From an uncultured Bacteroidota bacterium (GTDB lineage Bacteria > Bacteroidota > Ignavibacteria > UBA10030 > UBA6906), in NCBI GenBank assembly GCA_963700635.1, contig CAVOYH010000003.1:928001-992000 (forward strand): a stretch of 64,000 bases of DNA. Direction: 5' to 3'. The position numbers and the translations under genes are program-made. Shown one piece after another: positions 61,122-64,000 of this stretch. Position 1 is the first letter of the stretch, and each line of letters opens with the position of its first letter. Under the pieces are notes generated by a model that worked only from the letters and a program-made list of their open reading frames with translations, was not told the origin of the DNA and did no database searches.

Positions 61122-63443
61122 TTATCGCAGCAGCATCATCTTCTGAACGGCGCGGTACGCCATCTTCCCGTCGACCCCGGTCACGGTAAGGCGGTAGAAA
61201 TAGACTCCACTCGCCACACTCCTGCCCGCATTGTCTTCTGCATTCCACGTTATGGTATTCCGTCCGGCAAGAGCCGGCCCGCTCATCAGAGTGGAAATGT
61301 CCTGCCCGAGCGTGTTGAAGATCGTTACCGTTGCATGCCCCGCAACCGGCATGTCGAACGAAATGGTGGTGCTGGGATTAAACGGATTCGGATAATTCTG
61401 GTTCAGCGAGAAGGATTCCGGCAACGGAATATTCTCAGCTGCACCGGTTGTCGCATCCGGCGACATTGAGAAATCCACATTGTTGACTTCAAACTCGTCC
61501 TGGGGGACGTTTACCGTCTTCCCGGTTGCGGTGTACTCGGGAAGGTCCACCTCAACGGTTGTCAGTCCTGCGGGAATGGCCTCAAGGGCATACGCACCCG
61601 ATTCGTCGGTCAGACCGTAGCCCACCATGGTCTCATTGGAAGTTGACGCCATCACGCGAACACCGGCCAGAGGTTTTGTGCCGGTCATAATTTTTCCGCG
61701 CAGGCGGGCCAGCCCCAGAGACCTGATCGGCACAACGCCGATATTGATGCCCGTGACGTCACCGCTCACAAGTACTTTATCGGCCAGCCTCCAGTGCATC
61801 ACACCAAAGGCACCTTCTTTGTAGAAGGCGGGAGCATACCTGCCGAATGGGACAGCGAGCACGATGTATGTGCCGAGGACGACATCCCCGATCGTGTACA
61901 CGCCGAGGGAATCCGTATGACCAAAACGAATTCCCGGGGGTAAGAGCGAGGGTTGCATCGGGAAGAGGACAATGATCGAAGGTACCTCATTGCCCGCGGC
62001 ATCGCGCACCAGACCGCTGATGGTGTTATGAAGCACCGGGTTTGGTGCGAGCGAAAAGTTGATGCTCTTAATGTCGGTCGGCACCTTGATGATATCGGCT
62101 TTCAGGGGATTGGGTTTGTTGTCGTAATATTCCGGGATGTAGCCCCACTTCGACGCCATGGCGATATACGACCGGCCGGTCAGAACACGGGCTTTGTAAT
62201 ACCCGAGAGAATCGGCGTATCCCTTCCACACAACCCCGCGGCAGAATCCGACGCCTTCCACATCCACACCCTCCTGGTCAGGACCCCTATCCATAAGGGA
62301 ATTTGCACTAAAGGTATTCTGGTCCTGCAGCGAATACATGATCACAACGGTCGCGCGCGGAAGCGGGTCGCCCTCCGTATTCAATACATACCCTTCAATG
62401 GTTGCATAGGTCGGTGGCACCGGTACACCAAGCCCAAAATTTGCCTCGAATACGGTATTCACTTTCACAGGAACAGGAGTAGCCTTGGAAGGATCAGTAA
62501 CATTGTCGTACCACTCGTGCACGAGGGAGACCGGACCCATCCCCAGGTGTTCGGTCTTTACGTAGTACACGCCCGTATCCAGGACCATCGTATAGATACC
62601 CATTGAATCGGTCACGGCAACGGGCTGCCAGTTGATGGTCACCGGCCCCTTCTTGAAGAATCGGATCAAGATGCCGGGGATGGGACGCTGGGTGTCGTCG
62701 CGGATCACTTTTCCCGTGATCGTCCCTTTTGGTATCGGGGGGAGCAGCACGCGACTCAGGCCGAAATCTGCCTCCGTCGTCGCATTATGATACACAGGCA
62801 CAAGATCTGCTGAAGCCCGGTCCGGTTTGTCGTCATACCACTCGGCAGCATACGGAGGTGGTCCGGGCGGCATCCATGGAGCAGGTTCAGCTTTAAGCTT
62901 GTAGGCTCCGGTATCAAGTTTGACGGCATACTTGCCCTGGATGTCCGTGATGGCCGACGGGAGTGCAACCGTGACAGCTGCGCGCATCGGTGAGAAAAGA
63001 ATGCGCACCCCCGGAATCGGCTTGCCCGTGGAATCGTCAGTGACGGTTCCGGCGATAATACCGATGGGACGGTTCGGTGTGTCGCCGATTCGCACTCTGG
63101 CAATGTTGCTTGGGTCACTTTCGATGATACGGTTGCTGGAACCCATCACCACCGAGGTGACGTAGTAGAAATAGACGTGTCCAGCACCCACCATGTGATC
63201 AAAATAGACCGTGGTATTCACCATGGCCAGTTTCTGGAAATGGAGTGAATCATCAACCGACCGGTAGACGATATATCCCCAGAGTCCTGGAGGGGCATTC
63301 CACCCGAGTTTTACAACAGGAACGGCATCCGGACCGAGTTGCGCGGTAAGATCCGTCGGAACGGGGGGAACCGTACCTTGTGCCCACATCCCCGTCACAG
63401 CCAGCAGGCAGAGTGCAATCACGATGAAGAGAAAGTGTTTCAT
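61122..63443 (-). CDS. T9SS cargo paralog of the adjacent gene, with one extra repeat
   Basis: GGAGG SD, signal peptide, same architecture, QNYPNPFNPST. Confidence 0.85.
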   Translation of the reverse strand: MKHFLFIVIALCLLAVTGMWAQGTVPPVPTDLTAQLGPDAVPVVKLGWNAPPGLWGYIVYRSVDDSLHFQKLAMVNTTVYFDHMVGAGHVYFYYVTSVVMGSSNRIIESDPSNIARVRIGDTPNRPIGIIAGTVTDDSTGKPIPGVRILFSPMRAAVTVALPSAITDIQGKYAVKLDTGAYKLKAEPAPWMPPGPPPYAAEWYDDKPDRASADLVPVYHNATTEADFGLSRVLLPPIPKGTITGKVIRDDTQRPIPGILIRFFKKGPVTINWQPVAVTDSMGIYTMVLDTGVYYVKTEHLGMGPVSLVHEWYDNVTDPSKATPVPVKVNTVFEANFGLGVPVPPTYATIEGYVLNTEGDPLPRATVVIMYSLQDQNTFSANSLMDRGPDQEGVDVEGVGFCRGVVWKGYADSLGYYKARVLTGRSYIAMASKWGYIPEYYDNKPNPLKADIIKVPTDIKSINFSLAPNPVLHNTISGLVRDAAGNEVPSIIVLFPMQPSLLPPGIRFGHTDSLGVYTIGDVVLGTYIVLAVPFGRYAPAFYKEGAFGVMHWRLADKVLVSGDVTGINIGVVPIRSLGLARLRGKIMTGTKPLAGVRVMASTSNETMVGYGLTDESGAYALEAIPAGLTTVEVDLPEYTATGKTVNVPQDEFEVNNVDFSMSPDATTGAAENIPLPESFSLNQNYPNPFNPSTTISFDMPVAGHATVTIFNTLGQDISTLMSGPALAGRNTITWNAEDNAGRSVASGVYFYRLTVTGVDGKMAYRAVQKMMLLR

Positions 63444-63620
63444 ATCGTCCTCCAGGTAAGTGCCAACCTTTTCTTAAGGACAAGATAGCCCGGGTGGCGG
63501 GGAAAGACAATACCATGAATATGGTATTTGATATCGGTCAAAAATTGCAGATTTCGGTTGTTTTCTGTGTTCTATGGGGCTTCGCGCGGGAGAGGTTTGC
63601 CTGCCTTCACAATCTCCACC

Positions 63621-64000
63621 TCACCCGAACAGCTTGTTCTTCAGTGCCTTTGACACAGCGGCAGATTTTGAATGTACCTGGAGTTTCTCGTAGACCTTCT
63701 TGATGTGCGATTGTACGGTGAGCGGACTGATAAAGAGCTTTTCTGCTATCTTCTTGTAGCTCAGACCCTCCACGAGCCACTGCAGGATGTCCATCTCCCG
63801 GGGGGTAAGGTTCCACTCATCGGCAGGCTTTGCTTCTTTGCCCCGCATCATTTCAAGGAGACGCCGGGCGATGGAAGCACTCATCGGGGCACCGATCCGG
63901 ATTTCCCGGATGGCACGGATAAGCTCATCGGACTCTACGTTCTTGAGCACATACCCCGAGGCCCCCGCCAGGATGGACTGGAATATTTTTTCGTCGTCAT
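63621..64000 (-). CDS. NarL/LuxR-family response regulator (5' part outside window)
   Basis: GASGYVLK, LTPREMDIL...GLSYKKIAEKLFISPLTVQSHIKKVYEKL. Confidence 0.92.
   Translation of the reverse strand, partial: DDEKIFQSILAGASGYVLKNVESDELIRAIREIRIGAPMSASIARRLLEMMRGKEAKPADEWNLTPREMDILQWLVEGLSYKKIAEKLFISPLTVQSHIKKVYEKLQVHSKSAAVSKALKNKLFG

Noticed and set aside
1-64000. CRISPR arrays, tRNA/rRNA, transposases, integrases, prophage or defence genes
   Set aside because: No spaced direct repeats or recognisable motifs were found by eye; intergenic gaps are short.

Overview
This GC-rich bacterial window is densely coding. Several T9SS-type C-terminal sorting domains (QNYPNPFNP motif) suggest an Ignavibacteria/Bacteroidota (FCB)-like organism; this taxonomy is inference. 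Most of it is housekeeping and peptide-scavenging genes: a cNMP-GAF histidine kinase, two ABC exporters, M24/PepF/tricorn peptidases, a POT transporter, PFOR with a DHOD-like partner, YitJ, MutS, ThyA/FolA, GlgP, an orphan PntA and T9SS cargo proteins. No rRNA, tRNA, CRISPR array or mobile element was recognised. The most striking element is a cobalamin riboswitch with an OFF-type terminator/antiterminator platform in front of an apparently B12-DEPENDENT split class II ribonucleotide reductase (NrdJa with a large insertion, plus NrdJb). It is followed by a membrane-anchored DtxR-FeoA-FeoA fusion and a FeoB split by one in-frame TGA. Other leads: a trio of leaderless PilV/W/X-like proteins, a secreted protein made of four copies of an unnamed domain, a secreted duplicated His-rich helical protein, an esterase lacking its nucleophile Ser, and a frameshifted SpoIIE-type phosphatase. 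All calls come from reading motifs by eye; no database searches were run.
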